NCBI GenBank assembly: GCA_011109175.1
Contig: RDEW01000024.1
Location: forward strand, 856,656-901,809
Reading direction: 5' to 3'
DNA length: 45,154 bases
DNA from: Dicyema japonicum
Lineage: Eukaryota; Animalia; Dicyemida
Within the stretch, counting starts at the first letter, position 1. Each line of letters begins with the position of its first letter. Positions 31,912 to 44,734 of the stretch are shown here, in pieces. The notes beneath the pieces are model-generated. The model was not told where the DNA came from. It ran no database searches and saw only the letters and a program-made list of their open reading frames with translations. The translations under genes and the position numbers were made by a program.

Positions 31912-34307
31912 ATGCAAATTCTTTTATTGTATGCACTTTGCATTAATGAATATCGAAAAATCATTAACATGAAGAAATATGGCGGATTAAGCTCAAAGTC
32001 GAAGATGATGTTTGACAAAAGAATACATTATGAAATAGAATATTTGAAAGCACAAAATTCACAAAAGATATTATCAGTTTTGCATGATTTCTCAATATTA
32101 AGCAAACTCACAGTAGTATATTACAACATTTTCCGCCTTGATTTGTCAAATAATCAAATTGATATTAAAGATCTAGCAAATTTGTGCCAAAACCTACCAA
32201 ATTTAACGAATATCAAATTAGCTTATATTTCATCTTCCGATAATATGCCTTATCTGAAGTATTTTCAAAATAACGTCAATTCTTTCACTCTTTTGGAATA
32301 TGATGACCCAGTTTTACTTCATTTGCTATTTAAAAGCGGATTCAGTGAAATTAGGTCACTAGAACTTTTATCAGATTCCTTTCTTGAGAGAAGTACTCCA
32401 AATAAAATTTATTGTTGCACAATCAAACTGATCAAAGAACTAGAAAGAATTAATTTTGACAATGTTCTGATATCTAATTTCGAAGAATTTTCCAAAAGTC
32501 TTACCAGTCCAAGATCTCTAAGGTTTTTATTTTGTTAGATTAAGATACTTTTCGTATACAAACAGTAAAGATGTGCATAAATTAAGCTGTGATTGTAGAC
32601 CGTTATTAAATTTAGCCACTAATTTAGAATTCTTTGATTTGTCAGGATTCTTGATTGATTATGGTTTACTAAACCCGTATTTTACTAGGTAACATTTAGA
32701 GAACTGTCGAAACACAAGATTGACAAATTTTGCTTCCAAAAATATCTCAATTTTTTAAAAATAATGACAATGTGATATTATTAATAATAATTGTAGATTG
32801 AATCAAATTTACTCATGTATAATTTGGTTAATTCAATTTTTCACTTTGACATAAGGATGAGATGCTTTGTTCTACTTTACATTATATTAACAACTGCGAC
32901 TCTGAAAATCGGCCTTCTCTTTATAAACGATTTTTGAGGGTATTTGAAATTATATTTTAGTTTATCTGCCGTTTGTTGAAAACATCACAAAATACAAATG
33001 TTATTCTACAAATCATGTAATCGCGTACGTTGACTTGGTAGGTATTGTTTAAAACCAAAATCAGTGGAATGAACATATCTGAATCTTATCGATGGTTTGA
33101 GTCCATGTTAACTTAGCCTTATTTATGAAGCTATCCTTGTTACTTTAAAAGCACTATTGTTGTGATCATACGGTAGTCACATTTTTATATTTTTTTCAGT
33201 TCAGAATATATTATGCGACAGTTATGAGTTGCATAAAACCTTGGGAGTTATCAAATTTTGTATTTTGCTTGCTCATTTTAGATTTTGTCTTTTTCATTTT
33301 TCACTCAAACATTCGTAAGGGATGTTCACACGCACATTGAGGAATTATCGAGAGTGATGATGTATTGTATCTTCCAATGAAGAGTCAAAGTATTGAGGTT
33401 ATGTCTTATTTGGGATTTTACGGATCAATCGAGGTATCGTTTATTTCGATTTAGTCAATCGTGAATCATATTAAAAAATACAAAGAACTAATAGCTTTTC
33501 CTTACTGTAATGTGGCTTGGAGAATTTTGTGGTATCTTTTAGGTGATTTTGGTTTACATTATCTGTCAGATGCAAACAACGACAATGCCACTTTGTTTGT
33601 TGAATTGGGAGGGATTGATCTTATTCTAGACTTCTTTAAACAGTTTCCTGAAAATGATATTATTTTGCATGATTACTTTCTACTTCCAGTTTTTTTTAAT
33701 ATCGAAAATCTAACTAAATTCGAGAAAATTCGACCTCTGGTTCGGAATAGTGGATTGATTACCTATTTATTGTGTGTTTTGTGTAATTTTAATAGGGACT
33801 ACGTCTTTGGCGATAATTGGCCACATATCTATATTGCCATCTGCAATGCTTTATCAAACATAATGAGTGACTCTACTGAAGATATGAAGATTTTGATTAT
33901 TTTGATACAGAAAATAAAACCGTGTCTGAATATATTATTGATACAATTGTTTCATGTTCAAATGATAATATGGACATTCACTTTATGACGGATATTATCG
34001 GTAAGATATCATTTATACAAAAGATCTATTGATTCACTTGTAAACCTTTTAAATGAGGAATTAGACCAAAGACTATGGTTTTGGGCCATTTGGGAATTTT
34101 CTCGAATGGTTTACTATGAACGTACTATTTGTTGATTTAGTAGCACAAATATTCATCCCAATGATGATGTCTAAAAATGTCTTCAGCAAAATTGAAACTT
34201 TGGCTTCGCTATCAAATATCAAGAATCTACAAGAATATGCCATTGACGTTAAAGAATCTTATAATGTATTTTTCTTATTATTTTAGAATTATGTTTCGAA
34301 TCACTAA
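31912..34307 (+). pseudogene. ZER1: Frameshifted second copy of the ZER1/ZYG-11-like gene
   Basis: Exon 1 is open (20 substitutions and no indels vs the left copy over 611 nt, counted by hand). 1-bp indels vs the left copy lie near 32740, 32849, 33052, 33155, 33831, 33892 and 34016; the BC-box PSL is changed to LLL. Some indels are in homopolymers and could be sequencing errors. Confidence 0.8.
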
Positions 34308-37300
34308 TATTAACGATATTTTTTTAATATTTTTTGTTCTCATAATTAAAACTTATTGGAGACTTTAGTTTAAAATAAAAGATTAATCAAATTAAGAGGT
34401 AATTACTTTCGAAATTCTTATTCGAAGTTTAAAATCCAAAGAAAAGTGTCTGGGCTTTTCCACAAAGTCTACCATATGTTTGATCGACTTCTTGGGAGGT
34501 ATAAAAAAGCGATTTTCTCGGCCTGGTAAGAGAATAAAGTGTTAGGTTTTCATGTTTGGGTCAATACGATAAAGAAGAGACCGAGAGATACTGAAGAAAC
34601 TACATCCACAGTTATCCAAAATTGTTTGGCACATTCCCTATTGATGCTGCTTGTGCGCTACCCAAAAAAGAATCTCTGGCACGTACTGATAAAATATTCT
34701 TTTTATTTTTGAAATCCAATGCTGTTCATCCTGATTTTATATACACTGAAGAAAATTGGAAAATTTTTTTAACAAGTAGAGTATTTTTTTTGATTCAGAA
34801 TTCTCGAAAGATGGAAAAATTTCTTTATATTGGAGACATGTAGTTTATATTTTTTTCAACATAGCTATTCAGTTTTTTGACCCAAAATAATTCAAAGTCG
34901 AAACTTAACATTGATTATGTGACAGGATTAAAACTTGTTTGTCATAGTCTGTTTATTAGCTGAACTAGTTAGCTTCCACGCATCCACGATTTTTTGCCTT
35001 TACGAGTGATACCAGTGAACATTTAATTACGGAACCGGATCGTCAATAAAGGATATACACACAACAAAAACAATAAAGAAATGAAGAGCATTCTTTATTT
35101 CTCCCAGTCGATTAGTTATAGTATAATAACACCAGAGACCACGGTTACACAAACTATATAATCATGTGATCCTAGCACGCTCTAGCAGGGATCTCATTTT
35201 GGCCCGATGCTCTTACCTCGACCTCCCACACAAGCAAGTATCGATCGAGTGACTGGACCATCAAAGTCTCGACGGCACGTTCCATAATAATTTGTTCTTT
35301 ATTTAAATAAAAATTTTAAAAATAATGTTTTTTATAAATTCCATACTTTATATCCTGATTTTATTCTAAAGTAATGTTGTTTTTTTATTTCAGGAATTGG
35401 TAAAAACTTTAAAATTATTCCACCATTTTTATAGCTGTTACGTTAACTTCCTAAGCACAACAATATGTGAAGAAATGTGCATCGTTTTGAATGGTTACAA
35501 ATAAACCCTTATGCTAGAAAAACAAAAATCTTTCGAATTCAATACAATTAATAAAAATGTAGATCTGATTTATGAGGATTTGCTTATAACTTCAATTTTT
35601 AATCGTACATGATTTTGTTTTTATCTAAAAATATATCCAAGCAGTTAGCCATTAATTGCTACACTTTTTATAAAATAAGAAAATTTGAATTGTAGGTGTC
35701 TGTCATGTGAAAAATCTAAATCTACGTCTACATAACGATGGGAAAATGAAAAATTCTGACAGGAATGGACTAAGCATCATAAAAATTCTTAAACAACATT
35801 AGCAATAAATCATGTGTAGGTTGAGGTAATGTTTGGAATAACAGCGGCAAAAAGAGCAATCATTCGATTAATAGTGATTTCATTAATAATCAAAAAAATG
35901 GAAATGTATTCATTCAGGCCTTGGTTTTCTTTTTTATCTGTGACAGAGAAAGATATTTATGTTGCGACATAGCGTCAAACAATGACAGATGGTTTATGGT
36001 TCAGAAACAGAAATACAGATACGTCTCAGTATTACACAATTGCTTCCAGAATTTAAAAATTAAACATTAAGTCATTATGCATCCTTATTAACATAAAAAA
36101 ACACATTTGAAAGAAGAATTTTCATTCCTCACTAATTGAAAATCTTAAATAAGTTTAACTCTACACAGCATTTGCCCTTCGACTTTAAGACTTTTTCAAG
36201 TAAATGAATGGACATGTAAGTTATAGCTGTACACTAATTTCTATTTTATTAAACAACTTATTTCATTGTTATACCAGCATTTTTGACAGCTTTCTCATTA
36301 TCGTTTAATTGAATCTATTGACTATTCCTTTCTCTAAGATTGTTGGCCTTCAGTGAATTTGTTTGATGTTTGAAATAACTGCAAATACGAATCTATAAAA
36401 AATGTTTTAAAAAGCCAACCTACTATATATGTCAATTACCGTCAACTCCATTTGAAATTTTGATTTACCATGAAAATTTTTTAAAATCTCTAAAATCTAT
36501 CTGAAACGTTTATTCGGACAAGAAGCAAACATGTGGTGATTTATATCTTCAATCTACTATTAAAAAATCTTAAACTTTTAAGGTAGGTGGAAATTTGCAA
36601 ACTTCACAATTTTGAATGACTTTTTTGATTTCTCAATCTCGACAGTGATTATCTTTGACTACATTCATAGTCAATTTTATTTAATTCTCCGAGTTAAATC
36701 TCTGTAATACGCCACGAGCTCCATTTCGGAGTCAAATCCAGAGATTTGACTTGCCTGGGATCAGTAACTTTAAGATACAGTCCATACATTTATTGCACAT
36801 TTACAATACTTTCATTGATAATTCTCTATCTCTTAAGAGGCCTATATTTTCGATGCCTCAGAAAATTTTCGGGGAATTGATATCCAAAGCATCTTTTAAA
36901 ATTTCATATTCCACGCAGTCTTTTAAAAACTCATTACAACAAAACAACCTTCCACCATAGATATCACACTACAGAAACTTATGTTTGCCGCTATAAAAAA
37001 ATTAAATATTTGCTGCAATAAAATAATAAAAAATAATCTAAATATTAATCACGATAGAAATCGTATATAAAAAATTAAATGTCGGATAATCAAAGGAATT
37101 TTTCAAGGCCAGAAAATGTAACGAGCAGCCCATGTCTCATAATAAACCCCAGAAAATTGAGAACAATTCATTATCCATCATTCCCTGATAAAGAAGTACA
37201 ACCAACAAAATAGCAGATCTTTTAACGTCACGAGAAGAGTCTGAAGTGTTTAACTTCTTCTAGACAAGATAAATTCTCAATAGATATTTCAAATTCGATC

Positions 37301-37995
37301 CGAACGGATAATAATTCTGCCAGAAACTCCTCAGTAAGCAATCCAACGTCAAAATAGAAACTTGAAATTCTTTGGTCACTGTCGCGCTCCATGCAGATTA
37401 CTACAATTTTAGGCGTTGCACTTTAACCTTGTAACATGACAGTTTATTTGACAGGTGACGTTTCATAATAAATTGTAATCTCAATTTCAAATATCGTATT
37501 TAAGCAAGTGTTGAGGAATAAAACGCCACATAGTAATTGTTCTAAAATGAAACTATAATTATTATTTTAAATAAACTTATAAAAAAAGTAAATATTATAA
37601 TAATAGAAATTATTCATTAAATCTCCTATCTTGATCCTAATCAACCATACCCTCTCCGGGCGAAGATGAGTTTCTGTTAGAAAGAATCGGGATCACCTGA
37701 TAATTAATTTTGTTTTACCGTGGTCTTGGGTTGAATAAATTAAAAAATACCCTAACCCTAATTTAACCAATTACATTATAACCATAACATCTACTAATCC
37801 AAATCATTACCTAATCCTAACCATTTCTTAACCCTACCACTACCTTAATTCTATTTATTGAGCTCTATTAACATAGGAGTTTAACATCACTTTATTTTTA
37901 TTTTTGAATTTTTATGAAAAAAAGTAAACACAACATGATGACAAAATTACAAAGCAGAAAGGCGTAAAAATTTTTAACTCGAGATTATTATAATT

Positions 37996-38631
37996 TGTGA
38001 CATCAACACAAATAACAGTTGCTTCTTTTGAGACGATCGCTTTGCAAAACAAATTTGTAATATACGTCAATAATATTAAATATATATTAAAAGCCATCAT
38101 TGGCCTGGGACCATCGACTTAAATCCACCAAGTCCATTTGAAATCTTTCACAAGGAAACTTTGCTTTAATGTGAATCAAATGGAATTTGAGCTTTTAACG
38201 GTTGGCTTTGTGCACATGCTGTGGATCAGGAACATAAATCACGTATAATGGATCTGTGGATGGTGAAATAATAATTGTCGCATAATTATTTCAGTTTATT
38301 GATTCCATAATGAGTGATCAAATGCTGTTTCATGCATTCTATCTTCATAGTTTGAATATCGTCTTGACCATAACATTGTTTATGAGCCTCATCATTTGTA
38401 TAGAGTTTATAGAATATTCCAACAACCAAAAAATTGGCTTTCTTAATAAACCGAAATTTTTGCATTCGTGTAAAATTTTGGTTGATGATCTTGCATTGTA
38501 GACATGAAACAATATCATTGTATTTTGGTAGTCCTGATCATACTTTTAATATGCATTTTTCTAACACGGGATAATTCGATATTTGAATAAATAGTGAATT
38601 AATTGTGGTTAATTGACTTTAGATGTCAACA
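37996..38631 (-). mobile_element. GIN/Ginger-type integrase remnant, right-arm copy
   Basis: Mirror image of 20027-20663. Confidence 0.75.
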
Positions 38632-41279
38632 TCCAAAAAAATACAAGTTCAAAGTGTAGCGCTTAGAATTGGTGTAACCTGCATGGAGCGCGACAGTCAC
38701 TCTTGATTTCAGAGTAAGAATTATCTCTGAAGTAAAGTTTATGGACAAAAGCACCGATGCTCCGAAGCTTCCAAGTTGAGGGTAAATTGATCCAATAAAT
38801 CCCACTCTATTAACCCAATAAACACAGCTAAATATGTTACACAAAAAAAGCCAATCACAATCAATTGCTATAGACAATCAGTCAAATTACGTGCTCGCAG
38901 TACAATTGGGGTCCAAACAGATACTAAGAAGCTTGATGGGTTTATTTCTTAGAAAATAACACAAAATAAATTTCACAAAAACTTTCATCATGTTCAAGTT
39001 GTTTACTTGGAGTTGAAGATTGTACTGATCATCGGGAGAGATATTTCCTTCAGGTATCTCAAAATAGTTATTCCAGTTAGTGGAAGAGACTCTGTCTACA
39101 ATCAAAAAGTCAAAACCCAAATAAGCAGGTTAAGGACCGAAAAACTGAAGTGAACGATGTCGTCTATTTTCCGATAAATCTATCTAGAGCGTTATCGGAG
39201 AAACATCCACTGTTTCGCCGGCATCAAGTACACCTTGTCAATCCAGATACTAAGTCTCAGCTTGAACGACAAAAATCTAAATTTCTTACTTTAGGGTACA
39301 ACCTGTTTAAAAATTCGTGAAAAAACACAGAAGTTGGTTGATGGAACAGACACTAGATGACAACTAGGTGATGATTCTTCCTGCATTTTTAGGAACTAGT
39401 ATGTCTATCCACGTGGTTATAAAAGGTGCTGGCAGAACATAAATGCGTACTCATCTCCAAAAATCCGTTAGCTGAGAAATCATTTTGTGCAAAACAGGTG
39501 AAATTTACAGAATTTGATAATCCAGAGGGTATTGAAAGTAACTCTTTTTTGGGAATAAAGTTAAGTTATCACGATTTTGTGCAAAATATCAGTATTTTTT
39601 ACATTCTTGAGCACTAAAGAATCAGATAAGCAGTAAACGAGGTCGGATTTATTAATAACGCCGTTAATTTGACACAAAGCGGTGAGAAAATCTAAAAATT
39701 ACAAGCATCACTTTAATAAAATAAGTCGGCGTTTTCTAGATGAAGAAACTCAGCAGAAGGACAAAACGCCTGCAATTCACGCATTTGACAAAATAAACAT
39801 GTGGAAGTAAATCCATGTGTCGCACATATTAAAGTAGACGAAGTATATGTAGAATTTGATGGGTTTCCTTAAATAGATTATTGAGACATAAAACTATGAG
39901 GACAATCAGTTTGGAACTGTTAAAAAATTGTGTGAAATGAGGGATTTTTTAAATTCCTTGTAATCTTAATAGTTTTCGAACAGGTAATTGGAAGTGTGGT
40001 TTCGTCGATTATTTATTTATTTATTAACTCCGGATACACCGAGAAAGAAGTTAAAGTAAACAACTAATTAAGTGTATCCAGTTTCCACTTCTACAGAAAC
40101 AGACTCCATCAGGAATCAGCATAAAAGGTAAGAAGTCCATTACATGCAGTTGTGGAAACCCCTCCAGTGGAGTGGAGAAGAGCAAATGATCCTTTTTCGT
40201 GCCGGCCTGGCACTGCCTTTTTGGTGTATTATTCAACTTTGAGGTAACTTTCAGGGAAAAAAATACACAACAAGATCACAATTTCTTTAAATTTATTAAT
40301 TAATTAATAAAATTTATAAAACTATACGAATGAACAAAACCTTGACTCCTTTCACAGAAGGCAAATTCGGTCTCTCTTAGGACTAAAGTGGCCAATGCGT
40401 GTAGGGAGTGAAAATTTATATAGAAGATGCGGTTCCGGACCTCTGAGCACCTTGATCATGAAGGCNCCGGCCTGGCACTTGGCGTCACCTATACAGGTGG
40501 ATCACATGACGCCACTCTATTAGGAAGAGAGAGGAGGAACAGACAAGCAAGCAGAAAATTTGAGCCATTTAACCACGCAGCATCACATGGCGCCACGCGG
40601 CAAATGGTTTAAAATCAAGTATGACAATTGGTTAAGTGAACCGTAACTGTAGTTATGCTAAAATTAATAAATAATGAATTTAATATAAAATATAAATTAA
40701 AAGTAAAGTGCAATGAATAATCCCAGAGAATACAATCAAATAAGGTAATGTACACAACAGATCCAATGACCAACACAAACATATAATAGAAAAACTCACC
40801 AATATTTCCATCGAACTTAAAAACTCATTCAAAGACCGAAGAAACCGAAAAATAATGAACGCTTTCACGAAAAACGTGCGTATTAGATTTTTATTAAGAA
40901 CCACAAGATTGAGAACATTAGCAAGAATTTGCAAAATATTGACAACAATAATGCCATAAATATTGATAAAAAAATAAAAAGTACATTCATTGAGTAATCC
41001 GCAAAAACACACAAATTTGGAGTGCAATGAAGACTTTGAGAGAAGCCATTCAAGTTCACGACAACGAACTGGGTAACATAATATCCCTTATAAGGGAAAA
41101 GTTTTATTTTCACGTAAAATTAGAGAAAATTAGAATTTAATTTTGCTTAAAGAATTCAAGACCAATCAACAATACAGTCAATTGAAGATATCTCTATTTT
41201 AGCTAGGGTTCTTATTGTGTCGTCACTGGATTTCAATTTTTGCTTTACGTTTTTAAGTTATCTTAGGCTTTTCATGGGA

Positions 41280-42110
41280 ACGGCCTCCTTAGCAAACATC
41301 GTGATCATCCATAGTTCTGTTCGACTGTGATTCCAACTCCATTCTCAGAATGTGCCCAAATAGTCTCTAACGGACTCCATTATCTCCTGGCTTATTGATG
41401 TACACCCACATATCTTATAAATTCCTTTGCATGAGTTTCTGGTTGAGCACCACATTGCAAACATCGTGATCATCCATAGTTCTGTTCGACTGTGATTCCA
41501 ACTCCATCCTCAGAATGTGCCCAAATAGTCTCTAACGGACTCCATTATCTCCTGGCTTATTGATGTACACCCACATATCTTATAAATTCCTTTGCATGAG
41601 TTTCTGGTTGAGCACCACATTCCTGTTTTTTTAGGTTATTCCTGAAAGATTCCAGCCTCTCCACTTTTTTGAGGTAGCCTAGATCCCAGTTTTGTATAGC
41701 AGAATAGGTTTTATAAGCGAGTTTTAAATCCTTAGTTTGTTGCTGATCCATCTTCGCTTTTTAGTTTTTTTCGCATTTGCCAAGGTTTTTTATATATCAT
41801 CACTCTCTCCTAGAAGGAAACTGAGTTTTTGCATCTAGCCATTTCTCTTTACTCATTCTTTTTATTTCCTTGAATTTTGTTTTGTCTTTGTTTACTGTAA
41901 GAAATCATTTCCCAAGTAGATCCGATGCTTTTTTCTAATATATGTCCCAAGAGAGCTCTTTTTTCAGAAATTAGATCGACGTCGTCTGCATAGATTACTT
42001 CTATTTTCTTTTTTATAACGGTCTGAGTTCCCTCATAGTTGTTCTGAAATTGTCGTAAACGTTAAATGGGAAAGAGTCTCCTTGAGGGGTGTCAGTGTTT
42101 GTGTTAAATT
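41280..42110 (-). mobile_element. RTE-like non-LTR RT and C-terminal remnant
   Basis: NTDTPQGDSLSHLTF, VIYADDVDLIS, then SLIKPILLY and ERLESFR; heavily disrupted. Confidence 0.8.
41292..41621. repeat. 165-bp near-perfect tandem duplication
   Basis: 41292-41456 vs 41457-41621; one mismatch seen; no N. Confidence 0.95.
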
Positions 42111-42288
42111 TTAATAGTAAATTTCTAATATTGTCTATATCGGGCATGTCAAACTAGAAAGCTTCAGGACCGCTAATTTGAGTGTACAATTGTACCACAA
42201 TAACAAATCTACTACAAAGGCTACATTACGATGAAGCTCCACGACGATAAAAACACAATTTTAATCACTTTTTTTAAAATTATCATTT

Positions 42289-42560
42289 TCACTCTTTAGT
42301 CTTTATCCTGAGGTTCCTTTTTTTCGTGACTATTTTTCGTATCTGAAATGTATTATCAGTTCCGACCTTGATCAGGGATGACAACTGTTCATCAGTCAGC
42401 CTTGTTTTCTGAGAAAAATTTGTTGATTTCCTAAAGGAAAGTACATTGCTGTTAGGAAAATGAACCAAATTTTCATGTGACAATTGTGACTTTATAAGCT
42501 TAATTTAGTAATGAACACTTTTGTAATGAACATCTTTTAACTCTATTGTCAGTACTCAGA
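42289..42560 (-). mobile_element. hAT (SPIN/GTF2IRD2-like) transposase fragment
   Basis: FITKLSL/KSQLSHENLVHFPN followed directly by KTRLTDEQLSSLIKVGT; these match KLxLWKSQL..NL.HFP and RSRLTDEHL..LLR of this group. Confidence 0.7.
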
Positions 42561-42771
42561 GAGTACGCAGGTCAGGTTCAATAAACCTGATATTTCAGTC
42601 CACGATAGGGTAAATAATAGATTGTACTCATAGATAATGGAATTACTACTCAAGGATTATTGAAGCCCACAAAAGTTGAAGAACTCAAACTAATGTCATT
42701 GTTTTAACCTGCAAATGCTATAAATCTCACTTGGGAGTTATCCAAATCGATGCACCAACTAGAACGTCATT

Positions 42772-43376
42772 TTAATTTGTTGTCTCTAAGAAGACGTGGG
42801 TGAGCATTTTTGCTATCGAAATATTCTTTTGTGAGGAGTTTACTATTGATTTTGATTTGGTCGGATTGAGAACAACCGAAAGGGTTATTTTAGGGCTACC
42901 TTCGACTTTCGGGAAATCCACTGTGAAATACACTAACATCATATAATTCGCTGAAGTTGTAGAGTCAAGGTGCTCTATGTGTCCGAAAAGTTTCCATCGA
43001 TCTTTGATGATTGTTTTTGATAGTTTCAAGATCTTTATTTTGGTGTCATTGGTTACCAATGACCACACGTATTTTCCTTATGTGGAACGCCACAGAAGGG
43101 CGTTCCACGTTTCCCATAAAATTTTATTTGGGTTTTTTTTAACTCCAATTTTTGCATTTAGATCACAAGAAAATAATATCAGTGCGGACGATTCTAATTC
43201 GTTGCAATAAAAGTCCTCTCAGACGGATTTTTAATCACTTTCCTACAATTTGTCGCACTCACATTTATAATTGTCATTTTGGAGGGACAGTTGCTGTTAA
43301 GTCGTACTTGAATTACATCAATTCTGTCACTCACATGACATATATGGTGGATACCAACTTTCAAAGTATAGTACAT
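42772..43376 (-). mobile_element. RTE-like LINE remnant: endonuclease piece fused to the post-RT tail
   Basis: VSDRIDVIQV..KMTIINV (APE-like) at 43194-43376; IIKDRWKLFGHIEHLDSTTSANYMMLVYF...GSPKITLSVVLN (RWxLFGHxLR tail) at 42772-43010. Confidence 0.7.
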
Positions 43377-43702
43377 AATTAGATATCAATCGATATTTCC
43401 ATAGGTCTCGTCGAGACTGCAGACACCCAATGGAAACGCTATATCTCTCCAGGAAATCACAGAGAATCTATCTCGTCCTGACCTTTGATATACATTTACC
43501 TTTAGGAGGAGCTTCATCTTCTTACATCTACTTTCTATAGAGTCGTGTGTTCAATAGCGTAAACATTTGTGTTCATTTACATGAGTCAGGAAGGGAAATG
43601 CTTAATAAGATCGTTTTAGTACAAATTATTGTGGAAAGTATCAGCAACCATATAATTCCTTACAATTACAAAATTAGTTCCTGTTTTATTAAAGAAAAAT
43701 AT

Positions 43703-44380
43703 TTATAAAACTAAATCAGGCAACCAGTCATCATTAAAAGCATTCAAAACGATAGGAAGAGTATAAGTGAACAATCTCGAGTTATCATTTTGTTCGTTCT
43801 CTTCATCATTGGATTCCCCCAGTCTATCACGAAACCATAATTCAACTGTTTTACACATTGACGGCAGTTTAGGCTTATCCACGTAAATTAAATGACTTTT
43901 ATTGGTTGGAATCTAGGAAAAGTGGAGATAGAGATGAATCCTTGTCGAAGCACTCTTTGAGAGGACCTCACAGTTCAGAAACTAAGACAAATAGTGTTGA
44001 AAATACTTAGAGTTCACTAATTCCTCGGAAATCTCAGCTTCCGATAATTTTGGAAGCATAAATCTTATGCACATACGAGCATCTTCAATGCAGTTTCCAA
44101 AAACAACATCAATTTGGCAGAGATCCTCAACAAGACAAACTTCCTCAAAAAATTGGAAAAATTCTGAAACTTGAAGCCAGTAATTTATGAAATGGAAGAA
44201 ATAAGAAATATTTTCAATTTCTGAAGTAATTTCGTACAGTTCAATATAAGGCAGTGGAATATGACCATATAAATACAAAATGTGCTGTATGAGTCCGGAT
44301 AGTATAGGAGTTCTTACTACATTATTTGAAAACGCATTTTTTGTTGGACCAATTAACACCATCTTTCTTTCACAAACCAT
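43703..44380 (-). pseudogene. MAD2L1BP: p31comet (MAD2L1-binding, HORMA-like) homologue with two in-frame TAG codons
   Basis: One 226-codon frame. LIQHILYLYGHIPLPYIEL (cf. LLKHIMYQRQQLPLPYEQL), IDVVFGNCIEDARMCIRFMLP (cf. VLILLGGNALSPKEFYELDL) and LFTYTLPIVLNAFND (cf. IWFQAPVTFKGFRE). TAG at 43982-43984 and 43913-43915; TAA at 43703-43705. Confidence 0.55.
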
Positions 44381-44734
44381 TTGGGACACAAAATTTATTA
44401 TTTTTAATTTAATTATTTTTTATATTATAAATTTACAACTTCTTTTAAGAAAACNTTGAAGCCAGTAATTTATGAAATGGAAGAAATTAGAAATATTTTC
44501 AATTTCTGATATAATTTCGTACAGTTCAATATAAGGCAGTGGAATATGACCATATAAATACAAAATGTGTTGTATGAGTCCGGATAGTATAGGAATTCTT
44601 ACTACATTATTTGAAAACGCATTTTTTGTTGGACCAATTAACACCATCTTTCTTCCACAAACCATTTGGGACACAAACTTTATTATTTTTAATTTAATTA
44701 TTTTTTATATTATAAATTTACAACTTTTTTTAAG
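44171..44734. repeat. ~280-bp tandem duplication across a single N (44455); probable assembly overlap
   Basis: 44171-44449 matches 44456-44734 and duplicates the 5' part of the p31comet-like gene. Confidence 0.9.

Larger units (their letters stand above)
31184..40334 (+). repeat. Right arm of the large inverted duplication (~9.15 kb)
   Basis: Collinear reverse complement of 18286-28214 without the 759-bp segment. Confidence 0.97.

Noticed and set aside
18286-40334. Palindrome as giant transposon TIRs or an amplification fold-back chimera
   Set aside because: No TSD, terminal motif or transposase/polymerase in the spacer; the arms differ by many substitutions and a 759-bp indel, unlike a fold-back copy.
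43913-43984. Genome-wide TAG reassignment
   Set aside because: The 689-codon ZER1-like model needs no sense TAG, so there is no support beyond one gene.
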